From the IMG/VR virus record IMGVR_UViG_3300046492_000458, positions 1,645-65,644 of that record: a DNA stretch of 64,000 nucleotides, one strand, 5' to 3'. A program made the translations under genes and the position numbers. Within the stretch, counting starts at the first letter, position 1. Each line of letters starts with the position of its first letter. This document shows, piece after piece, positions 1 through 9,303 of this stretch. The notes under the pieces are model-generated. The model saw only the letters and a program-made list of their open reading frames with translations, did not search any database and was not told where the DNA came from. The stretch comes from a virus (taxonomy: Duplodnaviria; Caudoviricetes).

Positions 1-603
1 ACGGCCGCCGAGATTGTCCCCGGCACCGTGGTGGCGTGGAACTACAAGCCGCTGCTCATCGTCCGCACCGAGGAAATCAACCTCGCCAACTGGAAGACCA
101 GCTTCGTCCAGGCCTGGCAGGCAGCCGGTGAGCCTGACCATGAGACGTGGAACGGTCGCCCGCTGTACATCCATAACCGGACCGACCGCACCAAGGACCC
201 GCTGAAGGTGGGGACCGCCCCGGCGTCCTGGAAGTACCTGGTTCTCCCCAAGCACTACGCGGTGTGCAGCCACTGCGGCGACCTGCCGCCCTGCCGCGAA
301 GTGTTCATGGACCGCGTGATGGCCATCGAGGGTAAGCGGATTGACTTCGAGATGCGGCTGGTCCACGGCGCCTGCCACGGCTGCGGCCAGGCCGTAACGC
401 CCCGGGAGCACAGCATGTTGTTCCCGGGAGACAACCTGATTCGTCCCGACCTCGGGTCCAACACCGCCGTGTTCCACACGCGGCACAGCTGCCTGCCGCT
501 CGCCCTGGCCTACCAGGAGCGGTGGCTGGCCGCCGATGACTCCCGTACCCCGCGCCTCGGGGACGGTGCTCGACAACCACGAAAGAGAGACCAGATGACG
601 TAG
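1..603 (+). CDS. Hypothetical Cys-rich protein, probably 5'-truncated by the window edge
   Basis: Frame open from base 1; CSHC and CHGC motifs; GC3-rich codons. Confidence 0.7.
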   Translation, partial: TAAEIVPGTVVAWNYKPLLIVRTEEINLANWKTSFVQAWQAAGEPDHETWNGRPLYIHNRTDRTKDPLKVGTAPASWKYLVLPKHYAVCSHCGDLPPCREVFMDRVMAIEGKRIDFEMRLVHGACHGCGQAVTPREHSMLFPGDNLIRPDLGSNTAVFHTRHSCLPLALAYQERWLAADDSRTPRLGDGARQPRKRDQMT

Positions 604-962
604 CGCTTTCTGGGCGGGAGATTCCTCGACCGCCTGGCCGCGTCCCGGACTGGTGCGCCAAACACCTCCGGGCCTCTGCGGCCCTCGTACCACGGATCAG
701 CACGCCAATGCCGATCTAAGGCCCGCCGGGCGCCAACCCGAGCGAGCGGACTAACAGGTTCTCCACGAACCACTTCACCGCCACCGAGGGCTTTTGCGTT
801 CCCGCAAGGCCATCAACGAAGGCAGGTACATAGTGCAGCACCGCACCCCTTCTTGTCAGCTTGGCAACTCCACCGTGGGCGATTCGCGAGGAATCTCCCC
901 CCGGTCGGGTGGCACCCCGTGCACCGAATCCACCCCGGACACGCACGCCCCTACTGTCGAAA

Positions 963-978
963 TCGAACGCGCGTACGA
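963..978. promoter_or_regulatory. Candidate LexA SOS box
   Basis: TCGAAC-GCGC-GTACGA fits the actinobacterial TCGAAC-N4-GNNCGA pattern; flanked by -10-like TACTGT (952-957) and TACAGT (980-985). Confidence 0.55.
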
Positions 979-1018
979 CTACAGTGCAGGTCAGACCGGT
1001 CGTGGCGCGCGCCTGCTG

Positions 1019-2314
1019 GTGACCGCAGCTAGCCAGTGGCTGCACGCCACGACCGGCCGCATCGCCACATGCGCCCACTCCTGGATGCAAGCCGTCCACT
1101 GGGTCGCCGGGAGCGGCCTCTACACGCCCTCCCGCAGCCACGGCCCGCGGTGGGGTGCAACGACCCTCGCCATCGCGCAGGAGATCGCCGCGCTGAAGGA
1201 GTGCCGGCCCGGGATCGACTACCTGATGCGGAAGCTGAAGGCGTCGGAGCGCACCATCCAGTACCACCTGTCGATGCTCCGCGAGGCCGGGCTGCTCGTG
1301 TACCGGGTGAAGGGCACCCGGCTCTCCTCGCAGCCGAACCAGGCGTCCGTGTTCGAGCGGGTCATCCCCCTCGAGTTCGATGAGGCGCTCGGGATCCGCA
1401 CCGTCGGTGCAGGGGTGCAACGGCGCCCGGTCGGGGCCGCCCCGGAGCACCGGAGCCTGCTCGGGAAGCTCGCGAAGAAGGCCGCCCGGAAGACCCGCCG
1501 CCGCCCCCGTCGGACCCCTGTTTCGGGTCGGGCGCGTTGCACCCCAATGGAGGGTGGTACCTCAGCGTCTTCTTCTGCGGCTAACACTTACTCCCCCCCT
1601 GAGAGCAAGCTCGCAAGCGGGGAAGCGAAGTCCCCCACCCAGAAGAAGTCCAACCGCGGGCCGAAGAAGCTGAACAAGACCGGCCGCCGCTACCAGCTCG
1701 CCCGCGAACTCATCCAGCTCGTGCCGTGGCTCAAGGACGCATCCATCCCCCGGATCGCCTGGATCATCCGCCACGCCGCTGATGCCGGGTGGACGGCCCT
1801 CGAGGTCCAGGCCATCGCAGAGCAGGAACGCCCGATCCTCGCCGCCCAGGTGCGCCGCCCGTCCGGGCTGCTCGCCGACCGACTCGGCAACCTCCACCTG
1901 CTGTACACCACCCCCGAGCGCCGCAAGACCGCCGTACTGGCGTGGCAGGAGTCCCGCGTGCAGGAGCAGGCCCGGCACACCGGCTACGACGAAGTCCACG
2001 GCGGCGACCGGCGCCCGGCCAGCGTGAGCGTGCAGGATCTCGTCCGGGAAGCGTTCCGCCGCAACCAGGAGATCGCCGCGGGCCCGGTCCCCGCCGGGGA
2101 GTGCTGGGACATCACTGAGGACACCCGCACCGAACTCGAGGACCTGGACCGCGAACTGATCAAGGCGGTCCGCGCCGAAGCATCCGCCGACCTGTCGCTG
2201 ATCACCAGTGCCCTCGCCAACGGCATGACCGAGCGGGACGCCCGCCGCCTGTACACCAACTGGCTCGTCGACCAGGCCCTCGCCGCCGACCGCCGACTCA
2301 CCCCCGCCTTCTGA
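1019..2314 (+). CDS. wHTH replication initiator-like protein (start uncertain; ORF open from 794)
   Basis: HTH segment PGIDYLMRKLKASERTIQYHLSMLREAGLL; basic linker; adjacent to dciA and par genes. Confidence 0.6.
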   Translation: MTAASQWLHATTGRIATCAHSWMQAVHWVAGSGLYTPSRSHGPRWGATTLAIAQEIAALKECRPGIDYLMRKLKASERTIQYHLSMLREAGLLVYRVKGTRLSSQPNQASVFERVIPLEFDEALGIRTVGAGVQRRPVGAAPEHRSLLGKLAKKAARKTRRRPRRTPVSGRARCTPMEGGTSASSSAANTYSPPESKLASGEAKSPTQKKSNRGPKKLNKTGRRYQLARELIQLVPWLKDASIPRIAWIIRHAADAGWTALEVQAIAEQERPILAAQVRRPSGLLADRLGNLHLLYTTPERRKTAVLAWQESRVQEQARHTGYDEVHGGDRRPASVSVQDLVREAFRRNQEIAAGPVPAGECWDITEDTRTELEDLDRELIKAVRAEASADLSLITSALANGMTERDARRLYTNWLVDQALAADRRLTPAF

Positions 2315-2325
2315 CAGGAGTCCCG

Positions 2326-2562
2326 ATGGCACCCGCCGACGAACTTCGTGCCGCAGCCCAGACCCTCCGCGATGTCGCCCCTGAGATCACCGGTCGCCTG
2401 GCTGGACTCGCCGACCCGGTCGCCGAATGGCTGGAGCACGAAGCGGAGATCGATCGCACCGCCCACCTCTACACCGAGCGCGAACCGTGCGCCTGGTGCG
2501 GAAGCCCGGCCAACCATCACGCCCTCACCGTGGCCCGCGCCCTCTTGGGAGGCCAGTCGTGA
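2326..2562 (+). CDS. Hypothetical protein
   Basis: AGGAG RBS; CAWC motif; GTGA overlap with the next gene. Confidence 0.75.
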   Translation: MAPADELRAAAQTLRDVAPEITGRLAGLADPVAEWLEHEAEIDRTAHLYTEREPCAWCGSPANHHALTVARALLGGQS

Positions 2563-3350
2563 CCGACACTCCGCAGTTGTCCGGCCGGGACCTCGCCCGG
2601 CAGGCCCTCGCCGCCTACAAGAGCACCGCCCGAACCGCACCCACCAACACCCCGAGCCGACCCAAGACGCGGCGCACCGCCCGTACCGGCTCCGGCCGCG
2701 ACCCCATCAGCCTGGCCTCCGCCATCGCTGGTCTCGGTGCCGACATCCACCTCGAAGCGGGCGTCGCCGGCGGCAGCGTCATCGACCAGTGGCCCACCCT
2801 GTGCCCGCAGTACGACGGCTTGGTGCAGCCCATCCACTACGACGAGAACACCGGCCGCCTGGACCTCCGCCCGGGCAGCCACTCCTACGCCGCGCAACTC
2901 CGCCTCCTCGGCGGCCAGCTCGCCAAGCAGATCAACGACAAGATGGGCCGCCCGGTCGTCCGGACGATCCGCGTGCTGCCGGTCGGGAACGTCGCCACGG
3001 CAGAACAGCAGGCCGCGGCACCGGAGTCAGCCGCCCCCGAGGCGCCCGTGCGGACCCGGGAGACCGCATCGGCCGGCTACCGGCGCACCCTCGAAGCACA
3101 CCAGGCGGCCCAGGCCGACGGCGAGCCCACCAACCCGTACGTCGTCGACGCCATCGAGCGCCAAGACCGGATGCTGGCCGACCCCCACAACCGGGAACCG
3201 GAGACCGCGTTCACCGATGCCGTCGCCGAGCTCGAGCGGCTCACCGCCCCGACCGTGGATCGCGCCGAGATGATCCGCCGGGCCGCGATCGCCCGCAAGC
3301 GCGGCGGCAGCGATGCGGCACCGGTACGCCGCGCCTTCGACGTCGCATGA
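2559..3350 (+). CDS. dciA: DciA (DUF721) family protein
   Basis: GRDLARQALAA N-terminus, GRDP..L, W..LCP and YAAQLRLL..QL..QIN motifs typical of actinobacterial DciA. Confidence 0.75.
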   Translation: MTDTPQLSGRDLARQALAAYKSTARTAPTNTPSRPKTRRTARTGSGRDPISLASAIAGLGADIHLEAGVAGGSVIDQWPTLCPQYDGLVQPIHYDENTGRLDLRPGSHSYAAQLRLLGGQLAKQINDKMGRPVVRTIRVLPVGNVATAEQQAAAPESAAPEAPVRTRETASAGYRRTLEAHQAAQADGEPTNPYVVDAIERQDRMLADPHNREPETAFTDAVAELERLTAPTVDRAEMIRRAAIARKRGGSDAAPVRRAFDVA

Positions 3351-3793
3351 ACACCGCTACCGCGCACCTTGCGCTCATCCTGCTGACCAGCTCGAGGAAG
3401 TGGCCCGATCCGCAGTTTCTCGAGGACACGCTCCTCGACGTGTGGCACGACGCCCTCCAAGACGGCTACGACGGCATCGAGCTGATGCACGGCACCGCCG
3501 AAGGCGGAGACACGATCGGCGACGCATGGGCCATCCGCCATGAAGTTCCCCGTCGTCGCCGGCCCGCCGACTGGAACGGCCCCTGCGCGCCCACCTGCCC
3601 GCCGGGACACCGGCGCATCAACCGCCGCGGCCTCGAGTACTGCCCCCTCGCCGGACACCGCCGCAACCAGGGGATGGTCGACGAGGGCCCCCTTCTGTGT
3701 GTGGCCGCCTCGTACCAGAACTCCAGCGGCACAGCGGACTGCATGCGCCGGGCGAAGAAGGCCGGGATACCCGTCCTTCGGATCACCGGCTGA
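3347..3793 (+). CDS. SLOG/DUF2493 (YspA-like) family protein
   Basis: LLTSSRKW, LMHGTAEGGD, AGHRRNQGMVD and GTADCMRRAKKAGIPV motifs. Confidence 0.8.
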   Translation: MNTATAHLALILLTSSRKWPDPQFLEDTLLDVWHDALQDGYDGIELMHGTAEGGDTIGDAWAIRHEVPRRRRPADWNGPCAPTCPPGHRRINRRGLEYCPLAGHRRNQGMVDEGPLLCVAASYQNSSGTADCMRRAKKAGIPVLRITG

Positions 3794-3861
3794 GCGGAGG
3801 GAACACCCGGCAAGATCTGCGGGAGCCTGTTCGCGATCACCCCGCACGAACGGAGCCGCCC

Positions 3862-4008
3862 ATGCTGGACACCCTGCCGCACCCTGCGCTCGAGGACACC
3901 GACGCGCCCGCCGAGTTCACCCCCGAGTGGCACCGGCAGCAGGACCGCGAGGAACGGGCCTGGCTGGACGACTTCGCCCGCGCCCAACACCTCGTCACCG
4001 CCGCCTGA
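3862..4008 (+). CDS. Small hypothetical protein
   Basis: GGAG RBS, ATG start, GC3 bias. Confidence 0.6.
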   Translation: MLDTLPHPALEDTDAPAEFTPEWHRQQDREERAWLDDFARAQHLVTAA

Positions 4009-4016
4009 GGAGCCCG

Positions 4017-4169
4017 ATGCCGCAGACCGCCACCCCGCCCCACGTTTCCGCCTCGCCTCGGCAGGTCGGGCCAGCGCCCGCGTGGGAGCGGCACAAGCTG
4101 TTCCAGGAGCCCGCCTACACGACGGTCCTCGAGGAGCCCGCGGAGGACGAAGAAGACGGGGAGTGGTGA
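4017..4169 (+). CDS. Small hypothetical protein
   Basis: GAGGAG RBS, ATG at 4017. Confidence 0.55.
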   Translation: MPQTATPPHVSASPRQVGPAPAWERHKLFQEPAYTTVLEEPAEDEEDGEW

Positions 4170-4233
4170 CCACGTGGTCACCACCTTTGGGTCAGACAGA
4201 CGACAAGGTGGTGACCACGTGGTCACCACCTTG
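4163..4233. repeat. Two perfect palindromes, candidate partition centromere (parS-like)
   Basis: GTGGTGACCACGTGGTCACCAC at 4163-4184 and CAAGGTGGTGACCACGTGGTCACCACCTTG at 4204-4233, directly downstream of the par operon. Confidence 0.7.
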
Positions 4234-4256
4234 AGACGTCGACACCATCGCGCCCG

Positions 4257-5180
4257 CTAGGCCTGCTCCTCCAGGTTCCCGGCCAGCTCTTCCAGCAGTT
4301 CACGCACCGCGCTCTCGAGTTCCTCCGCCTCCCGACGCGCCCGGGCGAGGTCGGTCTCCGCCAGGGCGCGGATCCGTTCCACCGCCTTCAGTGACTCGCT
4401 CGGCGTGAGCACCTTCGGCCCCGTCTTCTTCTCCGCCTCCTGGGTGAGCTCCTTCGGCGGGCCGTAGCCGAGGAAGTTTGCGGCATCCCGCAGCGTCTTG
4501 TCGATGACGTTGCCGTGCCGGGCCGCCTCCAGCCACGTCTCCCGCACCGCCTCGGTGCCGTGCGTCTCGAGGATCGGCACCAGAATCCGCAGGGGGCGTT
4601 CCTTCAGCTCCTGGGTGGTGATGTCCTCGAGTGCCTGCGCCACCGGCATCACTCGGATGATGTTGTTGGCCTGGTGCTTCTTGATGCCGAAGCGGGCCTC
4701 GGCGAGCTCCCCGAACGTGTCGTGTCCGGCGACCTTGTGCAGCTCCTCCACCTTCATCGCCCGCAGCCGGAGCCCGAGCCCGATCAGTTTCTGCTGTTCG
4801 GCCCGTTCGTGGTTGGCGCGGGCCGCGTACTGCACGGCGAGGATGCCCCGCGCATAGAACTCCAGCCGGGTGGCCGGGTCGTCGCTGTCCGGCTCGGTGA
4901 AGTCCGGCATCGGCAGGTACCCGGTCGCCGCGGTCCTGACGGCCGGCACAGATTCCGTTCCCGCCGATTCCGTCTCCGCGGGCTCCGCTACGGCCAGAAC
5001 GGCGGCCGGGGGTGCGGCAGGTGCCGGGACCTGCGCCACCACAGCCGCGGGCGCGGCATGCTGCTCGCGTAGCTTGCGCTGGCTGTCCTCCCACTGCCGC
5101 AGCTGGTCCTCGCGGGACTGGTCACCGCTTCCGCCGGAGCCGACGACCGGGATGACGGGGGCGACCTTCTTCGAGCTCAC
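4257..5180 (-). CDS. Putative centromere-binding partner of ParA (HTH-containing, not a classical ParB)
   Basis: Coupled to parA by a 4-bp overlap; HTH-like FGELAEARFGIKKHQANNIIR; coiled C-terminus. Confidence 0.65.
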   Translation of the reverse strand: MSSKKVAPVIPVVGSGGSGDQSREDQLRQWEDSQRKLREQHAAPAAVVAQVPAPAAPPAAVLAVAEPAETESAGTESVPAVRTAATGYLPMPDFTEPDSDDPATRLEFYARGILAVQYAARANHERAEQQKLIGLGLRLRAMKVEELHKVAGHDTFGELAEARFGIKKHQANNIIRVMPVAQALEDITTQELKERPLRILVPILETHGTEAVRETWLEAARHGNVIDKTLRDAANFLGYGPPKELTQEAEKKTGPKVLTPSESLKAVERIRALAETDLARARREAEELESAVRELLEELAGNLEEQA

Positions 5181-6322
5181 GCCGCCAACTCCTTGGCCAG
5201 GGCGCGCATGACCTGCGCCTGACCGGAGTCAGGGGCGTGCTCGAGCAGCGGGATCTGGTAGTCGGATGCCTCGCGGCCCTCGATGGCGTCCTTCAGGGTG
5301 GCCAGCACACCGGGTGTGGTGAGCTCGCTCCACCCGTCGTAGAAGGCGCGGGTGACAACGCCCTTGCGGGAGTCGTAGGCGTTCACGACGAACCCGAGCT
5401 GGTCGACGACCGCTCCGGTCATCCGGCTGTGGGTGTCGATCTGCTCGTTCAGCATCTCGTAGGCGTCGAACGAGGAACGGTCCGACCAGACGGGCATCAG
5501 GATTCCGGAGTGGTCGATCAGCTCGCCCGGGCGACGCTGGACGTAGTTGATGGCGAGGTCTATCGCCAGCCCCAGGTTCGGAGGGCCGTCCAGGACGATG
5601 ACGTCGTAGGAGTCCTCGACGGGGGCGAGCGCGCGGGCCAGGCAGGTGTCGCGGCCGACCTGGAGGAGCGCCAGCTTGGCGTCCATCAGGAAGGCGTCCT
5701 TGCTCGCGGGCAGAACGTGGAGACGGCCGCCGAACCGTTCGTGGGGGAGCGCGACGAGGGAGCGGGCCAGGTGCTTGTCGGCCTCGCCGAGCATGTGCGT
5801 GAGGAGACTGTCGGACCCGGTGGGAAGGCCAGGGATCTGCAGGCGGCTGGTGAGGTGCCCTTGGGGGTCGTAGTCGACGAGGAGAACGCGCAGGCCGGCC
5901 TCCGCCATGGCCTGGGCGAGTCCGGAGGCCACGAACGTCTTGCCGACACCACCCTTCTGGTTGCCCACCAGGATCCGCTTCACGGGCTGGGCGACGAGGC
6001 GCTCGTCGGGGGATGGGTGGGCCTTCAGCCACAGGGTGATGGCCTGGGCCATGCCCTGGACCTTCGTCAGACTGCGGGAATCGCACTCGCTTGCGAACCG
6101 GTGCGGGCCCCCAGCGGGAAGGAACACGCCCCACGACTTCGATCCCCTGGTCTCGATGTCCGGGGAGCCCGGGGTGTCGTACCAGAGACTGAGGGCGGAG
6201 GCGACGGCGTCCTGCATGTTCAGCCCGTGCTCGGCTGCCCTGATGCGCAGGTCACGGCGTAGCTCAGGAGTCAGGTTAACGAGCAACTTTTCGCGCGCTT
6301 CTTCGGCGCCTGGGTGGGTCAT
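5177..6322 (-). CDS. parA: ParA family ATPase with N-terminal RHH-like extension
   Basis: Deviant Walker A NQKGGVGKT, VLLVDYDPQG, YDVIVLDGPP. Confidence 0.92.
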   Translation of the reverse strand: MTHPGAEEAREKLLVNLTPELRRDLRIRAAEHGLNMQDAVASALSLWYDTPGSPDIETRGSKSWGVFLPAGGPHRFASECDSRSLTKVQGMAQAITLWLKAHPSPDERLVAQPVKRILVGNQKGGVGKTFVASGLAQAMAEAGLRVLLVDYDPQGHLTSRLQIPGLPTGSDSLLTHMLGEADKHLARSLVALPHERFGGRLHVLPASKDAFLMDAKLALLQVGRDTCLARALAPVEDSYDVIVLDGPPNLGLAIDLAINYVQRRPGELIDHSGILMPVWSDRSSFDAYEMLNEQIDTHSRMTGAVVDQLGFVVNAYDSRKGVVTRAFYDGWSELTTPGVLATLKDAIEGREASDYQIPLLEHAPDSGQAQVMRALAKELAA

Positions 6323-7047
6323 GGCGAGCAAATTACCAGGCGATCATGTTTTGTGAGGCGCACGTGGCGCGGCCCGACCGCCTGCGCCACCCGAACGGGC
6401 CTGCCAGGCAAGGGAGATGGCTCGGGAACACTTTGCCCGCGAGGTAAAGAGCGGGGCCTCGTCATGCGCCGACCAGATTCGGTCGAATACGTGCCGGATG
6501 ACGGGGTTTATCTGTCACCCACCTGAGTGATCCCTGTGCAAGCCCCTTCCCGGAGTGCATATATGCGCCTTGGGTGGGGGGTGCTGCCGGTCCCCACGGC
6601 CGGCGGCTGCACGGCCGGGGACAGCCCCTTGTGGATCGCAGCCCTCCGGGGGCGGCCCGGCCGCGCTGGGCACCCGGCCCGTACAGAAACCGGGGGAACG
6701 CATCTACCTGCGTGGGGAGTTCCCGGATTAGACTGCCGTCAACGAACGGGCATGCCCGGGAGGAACCGATCGGCCCCTCGAAGTGCCTGACCATTTGGCG
6801 CCCGCAGGGGCTGTTCCCGTATCTGGATGTAGCCTCTCCGTCACCCTCTGGCCAAAACCGTATCGAATGCATGTCAGTAGGTGGTCAATACCCGGCAGTG
6901 TCTTACCGACCGCCTGGTATCGATGCCACAGTGACAAGTCCGAGCGTCTGGACTGGCAGCCGGACGTGCGGGGGGCCCGGGCGGAGCCGACACCGACCGG
7001 GCGTACGAGGACCCTTCCCACTTCTGCCGGAGGAGCGGAGACGCCCC

Positions 7048-7416
7048 ATGTCCGCAGCAGAGCCCCTTGACCCCGGGCCGGACGGTGGCCACGGCCCCGG
7101 TACCGTCATTTCGTTTCGTCAGGGCCCTTCCAAGCGCCGACGCAGGCGCAGGGAGGACACCGTGCCGAACCCCAGGGAACCAAGCGACCCGTCAGCGTCC
7201 CCGCACCAGAATCTCGCCAACAGTGTCGAGGCGCGCTTCCTGAAGTGCGAGCGCACTCTCACCGACCCGGATACCGCAGAGGCCTACCAGATCACGCTGG
7301 ACCTGGTGAGCACCATGCTTGCGGGCGCCCACGTGAACGGGGTCGTGGACGATGAGCAGCGCCGGGAACTCCACGCCATGATTGACGGGATGAAGGCGGC
7401 GCCCGGCCTCCTGTGA
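7048..7416 (+). CDS. Hypothetical protein
   Basis: GGAGGAG/GGAG RBS before ATG 7048; GC3 bias. Confidence 0.6.
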   Translation: MSAAEPLDPGPDGGHGPGTVISFRQGPSKRRRRRREDTVPNPREPSDPSASPHQNLANSVEARFLKCERTLTDPDTAEAYQITLDLVSTMLAGAHVNGVVDDEQRRELHAMIDGMKAAPGLL

Positions 7417-7647
7417 AATTGTCTGAATATGCCGGGGGTTGTTTCATCTTCACAAGATGACCACCCCTCAACACTGATGCAACCAGCAATGGTTCTTTCT
7501 AACGGAACGTTCACGTCCCCTCACTCACATGCCATAGTGGGGCGTCCGGAAACAGCCCGGAATCACGCTTTCCGGCCACCGGCGCGCGCCCCGACATATG
7601 TACGGACGTCCCGCGCCCCGGGGGCCGCCCGAGGGGACGGGGACACC

Positions 7648-8184
7648 ATGGGCCGCGACACAGAAGACGCCGCATCTCGGCTCCACCTGCTGGCCACCCA
7701 CTACCGCGAACATCCCCAGACCGGCCCCTCCGAACGCCGCTCCCCCAGCGTCACCCCCGGCGCCCCCCTCAACCTCGGCATCGTCGACTACATGTCCCGC
7801 TGCGTCGACGAAGTCGTCCAGCATGCCCGTGACGAGGCCGCCGGCGACATCGGACCGCTCCCGGCCCGCGTCCGCGACGTCTACGCCTGGTGGGAGGAAC
7901 AGACCGAGGACGCCCCCGCTGAAGTCCGCCAGCGCCGCGACATCGTGATCTACCGTCAGAGCCTCGAGCACGCCATCGCGCTCGGCGACCACGACGTCGT
8001 CTGCGCGCACCCCTGCCCCCGCTGCACGACATGGGGCCTGCAATGGCAGCCCTATACGCGGCGGGCCATGTGCCTGAACATCGACTGCCGTGGACGCGAC
8101 GGAATGTCGTCGGCATGGACCCTGGCCCGCCTGGCTACTCAGTACGTGACGCAGAAAGAAATCTTGAAAATCCGCGCAACCTGA
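7648..8184 (+). CDS. Hypothetical phage protein with C-terminal Zn ribbon
   Basis: CPRC...CLNIDC; GGGGA RBS. Confidence 0.75.
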   Translation: MGRDTEDAASRLHLLATHYREHPQTGPSERRSPSVTPGAPLNLGIVDYMSRCVDEVVQHARDEAAGDIGPLPARVRDVYAWWEEQTEDAPAEVRQRRDIVIYRQSLEHAIALGDHDVVCAHPCPRCTTWGLQWQPYTRRAMCLNIDCRGRDGMSSAWTLARLATQYVTQKEILKIRAT

Positions 8185-8305
8185 CTGCCAGTCCGCCTGT
8201 CTACAGAACAACAACCGCACACAAAGCACACGAACGGATTCCTCGAATCCGCCCGTCATCGGCCGCCGGAGCTGCGAACTGTGGCCGTCGATCATGGGAG
8301 GCCGC

Positions 8306-8536
8306 ATGGCCATCACGTCCGCTGTCCCGAACATCGCCGGCATCCCCGATCCGGTAACTCTCGATGAGGCTGTCGCGCTGTTCCAGCGAACCGGCCATCC
8401 GGCCCCGAAGAGCACCCTGGAGAACTGGATCCGCCAGGAGGGCATCAAGAAGGTCCGCCGCGGCAAGACCAACTACTTCTCGTACACGGCCCTGTTGAAG
8501 ATCCACGCCGTGAAGATCAGAGCCCGCGACGCCTGA
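8306..8536 (+). CDS. Small HTH DNA-binding protein (excisionase/MerR-like)
   Basis: VTLDEAVALF...STLENWIRQEGI; GGGAGG RBS. Confidence 0.7.
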   Translation: MAITSAVPNIAGIPDPVTLDEAVALFQRTGHPAPKSTLENWIRQEGIKKVRRGKTNYFSYTALLKIHAVKIRARDA

Positions 8537-8555
8537 ACGCCCCGTCCCGCCAGTG

Positions 8556-8594
8556 AAGCCCTTGCCCCCAGACCTGTGGGGCAGGGGCTTTTCT
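8556..8594 (+). terminator. Intrinsic terminator
   Basis: AAGCCCTTGCCCCCA...TGGGGCAGGGGCTT hairpin followed by TTCT. Confidence 0.75.
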
Positions 8595-8607
8595 CATCCC
8601 CTCGCAC

Positions 8608-8644
8608 TCTTGTATTGCGTACGTAATAGAAGATGGGTTACGGT
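8608..8644 (+). promoter_or_regulatory. Conserved operator/promoter, copy 1
   Basis: TCTTGTATTGCGTACGTAATAGAAGATG; -35 TTGCGT, 18 bp, -10 TACGGT. Confidence 0.8.
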
Positions 8645-8712
8645 GGTCACACAGCCCAGGACCCGCCCCAACAGGCAGTCCTCGCACCCTTCCTGACCTC
8701 CCGGAGCCCGCC

Positions 8713-9046
8713 ATGGCCGTGATGACGCACGCCCGAAAGGCGCCCACCAGCGTCGACTACCGCGACCTCACCGACGCCCAGCAGGCCCGCCTCGACCACG
8801 TCCTCGAACTCGCCGACAGCACCAGCGACGCAGGCGAATACAACGCCCTGATGCTCGGCGTCGCCGCCCTCGCCGGCATCCACATCGCCTACGGCGGGCG
8901 AAGTCCTCCGCTGCTCCTGCACTTGCGTCTGCCCGGTCGTCTTCGACAACGCCGACCCGGACGCCCGAACCATCGAAGAGTCCTGCGGCTTCAACCTGCC
9001 GATCCGACAGTGCCCCACCTGCGCCGACCGGCACCCCGCCGCCTGA
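8713..9046 (+). pseudogene. Zn-finger protein interrupted by a +1 frameshift near 8896 (mutation or sequencing error)
   Basis: Removing one G from GGCGGGCGAA joins the N-terminal part to GEVLRCSCTCVCPVVF...CPTCADRHPAA, which stops at 9046 just before the next RBS. Confidence 0.6.
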
Positions 9047-9062
9047 AAGGGAGGAGATCCCG

Positions 9063-9230
9063 ATGAACGAGCCGACAAAGATCGACATGTCCGCCCCCAA
9101 CGGCGAGGCAATCCGAGTGACATCCGAGAGCGGTGGCCACCTGGAGCTACACGACTCCACCCGGCCCGACGTCGCCCCGATCGTCCTGGACGACTTCCTG
9201 ATGGCCGTTATGCGCGGCGAAGTCGCCTGA
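9063..9230 (+). CDS. Small hypothetical protein (55 aa)
   Basis: GGGAGGAG RBS; MNEPTKIDMSAPNGEAIR... Confidence 0.65.
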   Translation: MNEPTKIDMSAPNGEAIRVTSESGGHLELHDSTRPDVAPIVLDDFLMAVMRGEVA

Positions 9231-9303
9231 CACCCGCCAACTCCCCGGCCGCGCACGACCACGCTCTGCGCGCGCCGGGTGAACACCACCAGGGGAGACC
9301 CGC

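Noticed and set aside
6330-7047. Long intergenic region as an origin or ncRNA
   Set aside because: No iterons or convincing structure could be identified by eye; left unannotated.
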